Source: Microcystaceae cyanobacterium (GTDB lineage: Bacteria; Cyanobacteriota; Cyanobacteriia; Cyanobacteriales; Microcystaceae). Taken from it: a stretch of DNA of 25,770 nucleotides. Under the pieces are notes generated by a model, which was not told the origin of the DNA, did not search any database, and saw only the letters and a list, made by a program, of their open reading frames with translations. Positions 1 to 9,009 of this stretch are shown here, piece by piece. Each line of letters starts with the position of its first letter. Within the stretch, counting starts at the first letter, position 1. The position numbers and the translations under genes are program-made. The DNA is taken from NCBI GenBank assembly GCA_041746575.1, contig JBGTGT010000106.1, forward strand, positions 1-25,770, given 5' to 3'.

Positions 1-112
1 GACCATAAGAAACTCTGCTTAAATTAAAGTAGGGAAGCTGTATTTTGCCAAAACTTAGATAAGTATAGTATCTTTTTTATGTGAATTTTTTAGACATAAA
101 TATAATGATATG

Positions 113-1140
113 TCAAGTTAATTTAGATGCGTTTACCCTGGTATCATCTAGAATTGTGCCTGTTAAATTTGCTCCTATCAGTTTAGCATAACTTAAGTCT
201 GCCGCAATCAATTTGGCGTGATTTAATTGGGCATTTTGTGAATTTGCATAGCTCAAATTTCTTGAATTAATTCGCCTTATTTAAATTAACTTTCTCTGAA
301 TTTTGACAACTCAAATTAATGCCTTGAAAATCTCTTTCTCCTACGACATAACGCTGTAATAATTCATGGCTATCTTGAAGATAATTTTCTCGTTTTAAAG
401 GAGGAGAATCCTAAAAGAATTTGTTGGGCAACTTTTTCTAATTCTAAATCAAACTGAGAAAGAGGCGATCGCCGTTTTTGTAAAATCTTACCGCGACTGT
501 GATTATGACTTAACACGCGATGGTTTTTTGGGCAATGAATTGAGCTACGTGACAGGATAGATAAGGACAAATTCCATTATTTATCCTTCAAAGGTTGACC
601 TTGAATCAAGGGAGAAATTTGTTCAATCTTCTGTAAGAACGAAGCGGTATTTTCCGGTAAAGAGTCCTTAAAAAGAATGAGGGGAATGGAAGGAAGATTT
701 GCCAAGTTTTTGGATTGCCATTCTGCTTAAGAAATAAACGGTAAAGCGATCGCGACTCTTGCCGTTACTTGGTGCCTTAAAATGGGTTCGTTGTTAAAAT
801 AGTTGAGTAAACTCAATAACTGACTTTCTGCCTGTTGATAGGGATAAATTTCGGGTTGATAGAAATTACGCATTTGCCAACAGTGTCCCTTACTATCTAC
901 CATCTAATTAAGGACAACAGACTTAACTTCAATAATAATTATTCCCCATTGCTTATCAATAATTAAAATATCAGGTTCTTTGCGAAACTGTCTGTTTTAC
1001 GAAAAAACTGGATATCGCCAATATACTAAACACGTTCGTTGCTTAAAAATTAATTGAATTTTATCCCAAACTTGTTTTTCTTCTGATAGTCCATAATCTA
1101 AAGAAAAATCTGTTATCATAAAATTTTCACTATCGATCAA
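113..1140 (-). pseudogene. Degraded NERD (PD-(D/E)xK) nuclease / SF1-helicase / pentapeptide-repeat family gene, helicase part apparently deleted
   Basis: Manual minus-strand translation from TTG 1140/ATG 1119 in one frame: MITDFS...VYWRYPVFS*NRQFRKEPDILIIDKQWGIIIIEVKS...YPYQQAESQL...ARVAIALPFIS*...SRGKILQKRRSPLSQFDLELEKVAQQILLG. In-frame stops at 997-999, 904-906, 727-729 and 577-579. After about 405 a different frame reads PPLKRENYLQDSHELLQRYVVGERDFQGINL, then (frameshifted) NLSYANSQNAQLNHAKLIAADLSYAKLIGANLTGT, ending at TGA 113-115. The 370-570 track ORF is a fragment of this gene. Confidence 0.85.
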
Positions 1141-1201
1141 AGGTTAATTACTTTATTTTGAATTATTACTGGTTTCTCTATTTTTACCGTCAGTTGATAA
1201 C

Positions 1202-1966
1202 TTAATATCCCGACAAAGGTAAACGATGAATATCTTGATTCGCTCCTAAAATTACCATAACTAAGCCTTTTCTCAAACGCAATTGAGGACTGGGATTAAT
1301 ATTAAATTTATCATCTTCGCCAATGGCTAGCACACTGATTCCATAAAGACGACGTAACTCTAATTCTGCTAACGTTTTGCCATCAAACGTATCAGGGATT
1401 CTAACCTCTACAATGCTATTATTCGCATCAATATCAAAACGATCTAAAATAGCGGGTTTTGTTAAAGTATAAGCCAATTCTCTTCCTGCTTCATACTCTG
1501 GAAAAACGACTAAATCGGCCCCAACTCGCTTCAATAACTTACCATGAACTTCAGAAGAAGCCTTAGCAACCACAACTTTAACGCCCGCTTCCTTGAGATT
1601 TAATGTTGTAATAATACTTTCTTCAATGTAATTACCAATCGCCACAATCACCGTATCAAATTCAAAAATTCCTGCTTCTTTTAAGGCGTTGGGTTTCGTC
1701 GAATCCAATTGAACCGCACTCGATGCAATTCTATCTGATAAAACTTGCGCTACTAAACCTTCCTCAACATCGGTTGCCAATACTTCATACCCCATACTGT
1801 GTAAACCACCGCATACAGCGCGTCCAAAACGGCCAAGTCCAATCACTGCAAATTGACGATTTCCTTCCCGTAAATTATTAAAAAAGCTAAAAGAATTAAG
1901 GGTATTAACCCATCCTTTTCCCATCCATGAGGCGTTCTCTGTTCTCCCCTTTGAGCCATCAGCCAT
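1202..1966 (-). CDS. ktrA: Ktr/TrkA-family potassium uptake regulatory subunit (RCK_N + RCK_C)
   Basis: FAVIGLGRFG Rossmann motif, DTVIVAIG, LKRVGADLVVFPE and a C-terminal TrkA_C domain. An AGGAG lies about 11 nt upstream of the first ATG. Directly downstream of ktrB. Confidence 0.95.
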   Translation of the reverse strand: MADGSKGRTENASWMGKGWVNTLNSFSFFNNLREGNRQFAVIGLGRFGRAVCGGLHSMGYEVLATDVEEGLVAQVLSDRIASSAVQLDSTKPNALKEAGIFEFDTVIVAIGNYIEESIITTLNLKEAGVKVVVAKASSEVHGKLLKRVGADLVVFPEYEAGRELAYTLTKPAILDRFDIDANNSIVEVRIPDTFDGKTLAELELRRLYGISVLAIGEDDKFNINPSPQLRLRKGLVMVILGANQDIHRLPLSGY

Positions 1967-2011
1967 TTTGAAAATACTCCTAAAATTAATTATTAATAGT
2001 TTAACTGAAGT

Positions 2012-3373
2012 TTAACCAATTAAGAGGTTCTCTTGAGGGTATTGAATCACGCTAGGTTGAGATTCACCTATAATGGCAGAGATGAGCAACAAAATGCCTA
2101 CCCGTCCTGAATACATTGTTACAACCAAGACAAATTTCGAGAAAGCCGAAAAACTAGCTGTAATTCCCATCGATAATCCTACTGTGGCAAAAGCAGAAAC
2201 CACCTCAAAAAAGATGCGAATGGAGTTAGAATTATCGCTTTGAACTTGAGGGTTAAAATTAAACTCAACAAAAGAAATTAAAAAGGTAACGCTTATAACC
2301 ATCACTACTGAGCCAAAAACGACAGCAACAGCCTTTAAAATGAGCGACTTAGGTACAGTTCTTTGATATAAATCCACGTCTTCTTCCCCTTTTAAAGCGG
2401 CGCGGGTACTATTAGCAATAATTCGTAATGTTGTAGTTTTGATTCCTCCTGCTGTTCCCCCCGGACTGCCACCAATAAACATAAAAACAATGGTTACACA
2501 AATCCCTGCAAAGGTCAGATCACCAATACTGATACTATTAAACCCTGCGGTTCGTGTCGTTACTGATTGAAACCATGCCACTATCAATTTATCTTTAAAA
2601 CTCAAATCACCTAACGTATTATTATTGCTAATTTCTACGCCCAAAAACAAAATTGTTCCGAAAATAAGTAAAAAGAAAGTGGTGCTAGTCGCCACTTTAT
2701 AATTAAGGGAAAAATTAAAGCGTTGAGGAAGGTTTTTGAGTTTATTTCTTAACCACAAATACATTTCCAAAAGAACCTCATAACCGAGGCCTCCAAAAAT
2801 AATTAGTAAAGGAATCACTATATTAATAATTAGAGAATTTTGATATTGCATTAAGCTATCCGAAAATAAACTAAATCCCGCATTATTCCAAGCACTGATA
2901 CTGTGAAATATCGCCAACCATAGTGCATCTAAAGGTTCATAATCATGGCGAAAACGCTCAAACAAAAAAATCATTGCTCCAATTTCAAACATTAAACTTA
3001 AACCGACAATTGAACGAATCCATTGACGACTCCCTTGCATTAGTTGACGGTCTAAACTTTCTTGGATCGCAATTTTTTGACGCAAATCAAATCGCTTTTG
3101 AATTAGCGATAATAAAAAAGTCATGGTGGTCATATATCCCAACCCACCAATTTGAATTAATAAAAGAATAATTAATTGTCCCCAAAACGAAAAATAAGTT
3201 CCCGTATCAAAGACCGCCAAACCCGTAACACATACAGCAGAAGTCGCCGTAAAAAGAGCATCAATGGGATTCGTCCATATTCCTTCCTGACTCGAAAAAG
3301 GCAAAGTTAAAAGAATTGTCCCCATCATCATCACGGCAATAAATCCTAAACAGATTGTTCTGGCAATGGTCAT
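2012..3373 (-). CDS. ktrB: KtrB/TrkH-family K+ transporter membrane subunit (NtpJ)
   Basis: Four pore-loop glycine motifs: SAVCVTGL, SAWNNAGF, TTRTAGF, SAFATVGL. Also MFIGGSPGGTAGGIKTTT and multiple TM segments. Confidence 0.95.
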   Translation of the reverse strand: MTIARTICLGFIAVMMMGTILLTLPFSSQEGIWTNPIDALFTATSAVCVTGLAVFDTGTYFSFWGQLIILLLIQIGGLGYMTTMTFLLSLIQKRFDLRQKIAIQESLDRQLMQGSRQWIRSIVGLSLMFEIGAMIFLFERFRHDYEPLDALWLAIFHSISAWNNAGFSLFSDSLMQYQNSLIINIVIPLLIIFGGLGYEVLLEMYLWLRNKLKNLPQRFNFSLNYKVATSTTFFLLIFGTILFLGVEISNNNTLGDLSFKDKLIVAWFQSVTTRTAGFNSISIGDLTFAGICVTIVFMFIGGSPGGTAGGIKTTTLRIIANSTRAALKGEEDVDLYQRTVPKSLILKAVAVVFGSVVMVISVTFLISFVEFNFNPQVQSDNSNSIRIFFEVVSAFATVGLSMGITASFSAFSKFVLVVTMYSGRVGILLLISAIIGESQPSVIQYPQENLLIG

Positions 3374-3390
3374 AATTAGCTAAAGGTTAT

Positions 3391-4533
3391 CTAGGGAATT
3401 AAAGAAATAACGTTAGGTTGTAAAACCTGCCGATAAAGATGTTCTAAATACATAATATTTTGTGTCAACGTATAACGATCTAAGACCCTTTGTCGGGCTT
3501 TTTGTCCCAGAAGTTCGGTAATTTCAGGATGATCTTGCAACAGAGGAAATAGGGTTTTTAATTGTGTGGTTACGTCTTGAGTATTAAGGATAATCCCTGC
3601 TCCATTTTCTAACACTTCTCCATCAGCACCTGCATCTGTTGCCACACAAGCGACCCCACAAGCCATAGCCTCCAGTAAAGAGAGAGATAACCCTTCTACT
3701 AAAGACGGCAGGATGAAAACGTCAGCAGACCGCAAAATTTCAATCCTTTTTTGTTCATCTGCAATAAATCCAAGCCAAATAATTCCATCTGAACGATTAT
3801 AGGTGGACATTAGGGTTGTTTTCAAGGGACCATCCCCCACAATGACTAATTTGCTTTCTGGGTTAAGATTAGCGTGTTTCCACGCTTTTAAGAGGGCTTC
3901 TACATTCTTTTCCGTGGCAATACGCCCTAAATAGACAAACAGACGCTCTGCTTTAAAAAATTGCTTAAAAGGAGAAAAATGAGGAGAATACTTGGTCGTG
4001 TCCACTCCATTGGGAATAATCGCCAATTTGTCCGTTGGAACACCCAATCTGTACAATAAATCGCGCTGTAGCCTCGAAAAGACAATGATTCTGTCGTAAT
4101 TGGCTAAACAAGGGGCATAAAGTTGATAGGTGAGATATTGAGTACTGGATTTCAGATTCCGAATTTTACTATCAAAAGGCGGATGAAAAGTCGCAACTAG
4201 GGGCAAATTGAGTTCTTGACAAATTTCCGGCAGTTTAAAGTCAAGAGGAGACAAGGTTAAGGAAGCGTGAACTAAATCCGGCTTGAGTTGCTGTAAAGCC
4301 GTTGCTAACACCTTACTCGATTTTGGTGTAGGAATGGTGTAAATTTGTGATTTATAGAGAAAAGGTAAAAAAACTTCTGGACAATCCGGCCAGTCTTCTC
4401 TATTGGACTCTTCCTGAGCAAAATGAAGAAAACTGACCCGATAACCTCGATCTAGTAACGCATTGGTCACTTCTCTACCATAAGTAACGTTTCCGCAAAA
4501 AGGCGATTTTTTCCCCAACCAAGCAATGTGCAT
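3391..4533 (-). CDS. dgdA: GT4 glycosyltransferase, digalactosyldiacylglycerol synthase DgdA (Slr1508/'KtrE' orthologue)
   Basis: N-terminus MHIAWLGKKSPFCGNVTY, GT4 motif EGLSLSLLEAMACG, and position immediately upstream of ktrB as for slr1508-slr1509 in Synechocystis. Confidence 0.88.
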   Translation of the reverse strand: MHIAWLGKKSPFCGNVTYGREVTNALLDRGYRVSFLHFAQEESNREDWPDCPEVFLPFLYKSQIYTIPTPKSSKVLATALQQLKPDLVHASLTLSPLDFKLPEICQELNLPLVATFHPPFDSKIRNLKSSTQYLTYQLYAPCLANYDRIIVFSRLQRDLLYRLGVPTDKLAIIPNGVDTTKYSPHFSPFKQFFKAERLFVYLGRIATEKNVEALLKAWKHANLNPESKLVIVGDGPLKTTLMSTYNRSDGIIWLGFIADEQKRIEILRSADVFILPSLVEGLSLSLLEAMACGVACVATDAGADGEVLENGAGIILNTQDVTTQLKTLFPLLQDHPEITELLGQKARQRVLDRYTLTQNIMYLEHLYRQVLQPNVISLIP

Positions 4534-4701
4534 TCAGATGACCACCTATACGATAGGCAATTATAAGATTATTATAAAGTTAACAGTTGTTAACACTTTA
4601 CAAGAAAAGCGGTCGAACAAGATCTTCTGAAATTTTCCATAAATCCCTACTCAATACCTAAGTATTGGCGATCAGATATACTAAGACGAACCTCTCAAAA
4701 A

Positions 4702-4711
4702 TGTGTAGAAT
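4702..4711 (+). promoter_or_regulatory. Candidate -10 element (TGTG-TAGAAT) for the FAH gene
   Basis: TAGAAT at 4706-4711 preceded by TGTG, about 70 nt upstream of ATG 4780. Motif match only. Confidence 0.4.
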
Positions 4712-4779
4712 TTTTAGACAAATTGCTTGAATCAATGATTCAATTGGCATTTGTCCTGTTTGCTAATGGTTAATGTTCT

Positions 4780-5604
4780 ATGGCGCAACGCTATGTTCGA
4801 GTTAAAACCGCCCAAAGACAAGTCTATTATGGACGACTGAATCCTGACCGTAGTGTTGAGGTTTTAGACGCTCCACCTTGGTTAGGCGGACAAGTCACCG
4901 ATAGCATTTTAGAGACGGAACACTATCAGATTTTACCCCCCTGTGTTCCCAGTAAAATTATTGCAGTGGGTCGCAATTATCAAGCCCACGCCGCAGAATT
5001 AGGCAATGCCGTTCCCAACGAACCCTTAATCTTCTTAAAACCTCCCACTACGTTGAACGGAGATAGACGACCGATTTATTATCCCTCTCAATCTGAGAGA
5101 GTGGATTTTGAGGGAGAATTAGCCCTAGTCATCGGCGAAACCACCAAAAACTGTTCAATGGAACAGGCACATAATAGCATTTGGGGTTATACCATCGCCA
5201 ATGATGTCACCGCTAGGGATTTACAACGAAAAGATAGTCAGTGGACAAGGGCAAAGGGATTTGATGGATTTTGTCCGCTTGGTCCTTGGATTGTGCGAGA
5301 ATTAAGCTCTGGCGCAAGATTACAAACGTTTTTAAACGATGAAGCCGAACCACGTCAGTCCTCCCTACTCAGTGAGATGGTTTTTTCCCCCGAATACCTC
5401 GTGTCCTATATTTCCGCCATCATGACCTTGATGCCGGGGGATGTCATTTTAACCGGAACACCCGAAGGGATTGCCCCCATGCAACCGGGAGATTTAGTCC
5501 GAATCGAAATTGAAGGCATCGGTAGCTTAGAAAATCCCGTTTTAGCCTTAGTTCCGCCCAAAAAAATTAGTAACGCACCTGAGAGTAAGCCGCCTCAGAA
5601 ATAG
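4780..5604 (+). CDS. Fumarylacetoacetate (FAH) hydrolase family protein
   Basis: SKIIAVGRNY..H, PLIFLKP, VDFEGELALVIG, GYTIANDVTARD, RAKGFDGFCPLGP, PGDVILTGTP. Confidence 0.95.
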   Translation: MAQRYVRVKTAQRQVYYGRLNPDRSVEVLDAPPWLGGQVTDSILETEHYQILPPCVPSKIIAVGRNYQAHAAELGNAVPNEPLIFLKPPTTLNGDRRPIYYPSQSERVDFEGELALVIGETTKNCSMEQAHNSIWGYTIANDVTARDLQRKDSQWTRAKGFDGFCPLGPWIVRELSSGARLQTFLNDEAEPRQSSLLSEMVFSPEYLVSYISAIMTLMPGDVILTGTPEGIAPMQPGDLVRIEIEGIGSLENPVLALVPPKKISNAPESKPPQK

Positions 5605-6064
5605 TCGGGATTTCGGCATATTTCCCTAACGCAGACTGAATCATGGAGTAAATGACCGCCCCTAACCCTGCAATGAAGATAGTGTTATAGAGGGTTTCCA
5701 CGATTAAGCTATTGCCAAAGGCAGGAATAAGGACATATTGCATGACCAATCCCAATAAAGCCAATAAAATGCCGATCAAAATCGTTTGAATCGCATTAAA
5801 CCGAATAAAATGGCTCACACGGTCATTGCGTACCACGGCCGCATAGAGAATAAAAAAGACCAATAAGCTACCGAATCCAAATAACAATTGGTTTAAAATG
5901 CCATAAACAAAAGCGACCGGTAAAGCAGGAAGGGTCAAAATAGAAAGGGGTGGAAATTGCCGAAACAGGAACTGACCAAAGCCTACGCTATCATACCAAG
6001 CAAAAAGATAGACTAATACAGCAAAAATGCGGTCTTTAATATCGGTTGAGCTTCGCCAAGTCAT
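5567..6064 (-). CDS. ycf60: Tic20/Ycf60 family membrane protein
   Basis: MTWR...KDRIFAVLVY, VVRNDRVSHFIRFNAIQ, GKYAEIPTISEAAYSQVR, 4 TM segments. Start chosen at ATG 6064 (MTWR), matching the family N-terminus; the track starts at 6100. Confidence 0.88.
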   Translation of the reverse strand: MTWRSSTDIKDRIFAVLVYLFAWYDSVGFGQFLFRQFPPLSILTLPALPVAFVYGILNQLLFGFGSLLVFFILYAAVVRNDRVSHFIRFNAIQTILIGILLALLGLVMQYVLIPAFGNSLIVETLYNTIFIAGLGAVIYSMIQSALGKYAEIPTISEAAYSQVRY

Positions 6065-6137
6065 CACAATAACTCCAAAAATAACAGCTTCTTGATCCAT
6101 GATAAAGGAAAGAATCGGAGCAAAGGGAAGAAGTTGT

Positions 6138-6178
6138 TAACTATTATCATTATCTATTAACTGGTCACTGATTACCGT
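6138..6178. repeat. Degenerate heptamer tandem repeat (STRR-like)
   Basis: TAACTAT TATCAT TATCTAT TAACTGG TCACTGA TTACCGT in the divergent spacer, resembling cyanobacterial short tandem repeats. Confidence 0.4.
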
Positions 6179-6245
6179 TTCCTGCTATCTTAAATCCTGA
6201 AGACACCTTCGCCCACGCTTACGAACGATTTTTCAGCTAGACCAT

Positions 6246-8177
6246 ATGGGGAACAATAACAAGACGCTCAAACGTCAGGGCTTGCAAGCGATCGCTCAAC
6301 TGACGCTAATTTTATCAGGGTTGGGGTTAAATGCCCTTTTTGTTCCCTTAGCGGCAAAGCCCTCTAACCTGATTGATCAAGTTGTCGAATGCGATACCCT
6401 CGTCGTGGGAGGGGGACTGGCAGGTGTTGCCACAGCCTATGAAGCCCTATTGGGGGGGCAAACAGTTTGTTTGACGGAAATCACCGACTGGTTAGGGGGT
6501 CAAATTTCGTCTCAAGGCAATTCTGCGCTAGATGAAACCCAATATCAACGTCGTTTGAACCATTTTCCCAGAGGCTATCAAATGCTAAGGGATAAAGTTC
6601 GTCAGGTCTATGGTCGCCTCAATCCGGGGGATTGTTGGGTCAGTGAAAGCTGTTTTTTGCCCTACCACGGTCATCAGATTGTCGTGGACTTATTAGCAGA
6701 GGCCGAACAACGAGGAAACGGCAAATTGCTTTGGTTTCCCACCACTGTCGCCAAGGATATTTCCCTAACCCAAAGTGGCAAATATATTCAGGCCGTCGTC
6801 GCCATTCAACACAGTACTCCCAATCAAACCTCACCCCTCCTTCATAAACCGTTATCCTATCTTCTCGAAGAAGCCTATCGCTACAACGACGGCAGAGGAT
6901 TAGAAAAAACCGTTATTCAATTTCAACCGAAACCAGAAAATCGTCGCAAACCCCCTTACTGGTTTATCGTAGATGCCACCGAAACAGGCGAAATGATAGC
7001 TTTAGCCGATGTTCCCTATCGCTTAGGTCTTGACCCCCGTTCCTCCCTCAATCCCTCTTCTCCTGTCGGTCAAAATGACCCTTATTGTACCCAAGGCTTC
7101 ACCTATACCTTTGCCGTAGAAAATACTCCATTTCCCCAACCTCAAATAAAACCGCCCTTTTACGACCAGTATGCTTCCTATTATGGCTATGATCCCAAAA
7201 GAGCGATCGCTTATTTTGATTTAGTCTTTACTTATCGTCGTCTATGGAGTCCTCAAAAAGGAAGATTAGTCCGAGTTGGCAGAATAAGGGTCAGTGAACC
7301 CACACCAGGGGATATTTCCGTCCAAAATTGGACATGGGGCAATGATTACCGTCCAGGAACGGCAAAAGATAACTTAATTTATACGAGAGAACAGCTACAA
7401 AAAAGCGGACAACTCAGTTCGGGGGGATGGATGGGTGGCTTACGGGTAGAAACCCTCAAAAAGGCCGAAGAACACGCCCTAGGGTTTTATTACTGGTTAG
7501 TCGCTGGCGATACGGATTCTCGTTTAGGATACGGCAATAAAAAACGTTACCCTGACCACCGTTTATTGACCGGAGTAGATTCTCCGATGGGAACGTTACA
7601 TGGATTGTCGAAATATCCCTACATTCGCGAGAGTAGGCGCATTGTGGGTCGCCCTAGTTCTCGTTATCCCCAAGGATTTGGCATTAATGAAGTCGATATT
7701 TCAGCCCAATATATCCCTCAGGGGTCACAAGCGACACAATATGCAGACGCTGTTGGCATCACTCATTACACCATCGATATTCATCCCTGTATGACCTTTT
7801 CTCCCCCCGAAAAACGAGGCAATATTGAACGTAGAGGGGTAAGACAAAGTGAAAACCCTACTTATCCTTCACAAATTCCTTTAAGAGCCATGATTCCTCA
7901 AAAAATTGATAATTTGATCATCGCAGGCAAAGGAATTGCCACCAGTCATATTACTGCCGCCGCCTATCGGGTTCAACCCTTTGAATGGTCTGTGGGAGCG
8001 GCCGCTGGCTCTATTGCTGTTTTTGCCATGAATCAGGGCATTTTTCCCTATGAATTGGTGGATAAATTACCGCAACAAGAACCCCTTCTGCAAGAATTTC
8101 AACAAAGACTGGAATTAAGCGGCAATCCCATCAGTTTCCCCTATGCCAGTGGCGAAAGAACTTTATCGAATCGGTGA
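6246..8177 (+). CDS. FAD-dependent oxidoreductase (FAD_oxidored-type), probable N-terminal signal/anchor
   Basis: LVVGGGLAG dinucleotide motif, LTEITDWLGGQISSQG, VDATETG, YPYIRESRRI, QIPLRAMIP, AAAYRV. Hydrophobic segment LTLILSGLGLNALFVPLAA near the N-terminus. Confidence 0.9.
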   Translation: MGNNNKTLKRQGLQAIAQLTLILSGLGLNALFVPLAAKPSNLIDQVVECDTLVVGGGLAGVATAYEALLGGQTVCLTEITDWLGGQISSQGNSALDETQYQRRLNHFPRGYQMLRDKVRQVYGRLNPGDCWVSESCFLPYHGHQIVVDLLAEAEQRGNGKLLWFPTTVAKDISLTQSGKYIQAVVAIQHSTPNQTSPLLHKPLSYLLEEAYRYNDGRGLEKTVIQFQPKPENRRKPPYWFIVDATETGEMIALADVPYRLGLDPRSSLNPSSPVGQNDPYCTQGFTYTFAVENTPFPQPQIKPPFYDQYASYYGYDPKRAIAYFDLVFTYRRLWSPQKGRLVRVGRIRVSEPTPGDISVQNWTWGNDYRPGTAKDNLIYTREQLQKSGQLSSGGWMGGLRVETLKKAEEHALGFYYWLVAGDTDSRLGYGNKKRYPDHRLLTGVDSPMGTLHGLSKYPYIRESRRIVGRPSSRYPQGFGINEVDISAQYIPQGSQATQYADAVGITHYTIDIHPCMTFSPPEKRGNIERRGVRQSENPTYPSQIPLRAMIPQKIDNLIIAGKGIATSHITAAAYRVQPFEWSVGAAAGSIAVFAMNQGIFPYELVDKLPQQEPLLQEFQQRLELSGNPISFPYASGERTLSNR

Positions 8178-8997
8178 TAAGAGGCAGGAAAAATTGAGAA
8201 AAAAGAATGACTTGACCTTGTTTATACGATTACTATTGATCATCATTTTTTGCCTGTGTCTCAATATTGGTTTAATCCCTCAAGCTTCAGCAGAATCTTT
8301 ATCAGAACGACTGAAAACTTATCCAAATTGGCAAAATTTCCCGACCTTAAACCACCATCAAGGAGAAATTAATTATCCCAACGGGTTTGAAGGAACATGG
8401 CAAGTTATCAGTATTTTAGTCGAACAAATCGCTCCCTTTGCCCCCACCTTAGTGACACCTAGCTTTGAGGGAAATCGGCGTTATCTTGAGAAACCTTTAA
8501 ATTTTAAGGTAAAATTTCAGCTTCAATCGGTTATTCCTTCTTATAGTTGGGCTATTCCTTCTTTGTTTAAGGTTTCTGCAGCTATCATTGCAGATCGTCG
8601 TTACAATGCCGAACAAATTACCCGTGCTTATCTTGGCGAATCAGGAATATTAGCGGTAAAGCTCACTCAAAAACCGTCTCCACGCTTAGTTACAATATTT
8701 CCTCAGCAAAGACGACTGATTTCTACAGTTATCAGTTATGATCAACGGTTAACCGAGACAGACCATTTTTTGACAAGTGAATTAACCCATCAACAGTTTG
8801 AAGACAAAAACAATCGTTATTTCAACCAAGTTGAAACCACCACCGACTATCGTTTGATCAGCCCGACGAAAATTGAAGCACAGCAAATTACAGCTATCTA
8901 TTTATCGCCTCAAGATCCCAACTATTTCTCGGTTCAAAATCGACCTGTCGCCCTTTATCGCTATCAACTTTCTCTCATTAAAAAAGATCAATCCTAA
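8143..8997 (+). CDS. Conserved cyanobacterial exported/lumenal hypothetical protein (DUF6816-like)
   Basis: Signal-like LLLIIIFCLCLNIGLIPQASA, plus YP..F.GTWQV.S, IADRRYN and NRPVALYRYQL recalled as DUF6816 features. The true start may be downstream (around 8212). Confidence 0.7.
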   Translation: MPVAKELYRIGDKRQEKLRKKNDLTLFIRLLLIIIFCLCLNIGLIPQASAESLSERLKTYPNWQNFPTLNHHQGEINYPNGFEGTWQVISILVEQIAPFAPTLVTPSFEGNRRYLEKPLNFKVKFQLQSVIPSYSWAIPSLFKVSAAIIADRRYNAEQITRAYLGESGILAVKLTQKPSPRLVTIFPQQRRLISTVISYDQRLTETDHFLTSELTHQQFEDKNNRYFNQVETTTDYRLISPTKIEAQQITAIYLSPQDPNYFSVQNRPVALYRYQLSLIKKDQS

Positions 8998-9009
8998 TCC
9001 AATTTTTTG

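Noticed and set aside
1..6. Possible minus-strand start codon (ATG GTC) of the next gene
   Set aside because: Only two codons are in the window, so it cannot be supported.
370..570. 66-aa ORF as an independent small gene
   Set aside because: It is the inter-stop fragment of the 113-1140 pseudogene, in the same frame as ATG 1119.
577..999. Four in-frame TAA/TAG stops in the nuclease frame as possible stop-codon recoding or programmed readthrough
   Set aside because: Intact genes in the window end normally in TAA/TAG, and the same locus also has frameshifts and an apparent deletion. Ordinary nonsense mutation (e.g. CAA/CAG to TAA/TAG) is simpler.
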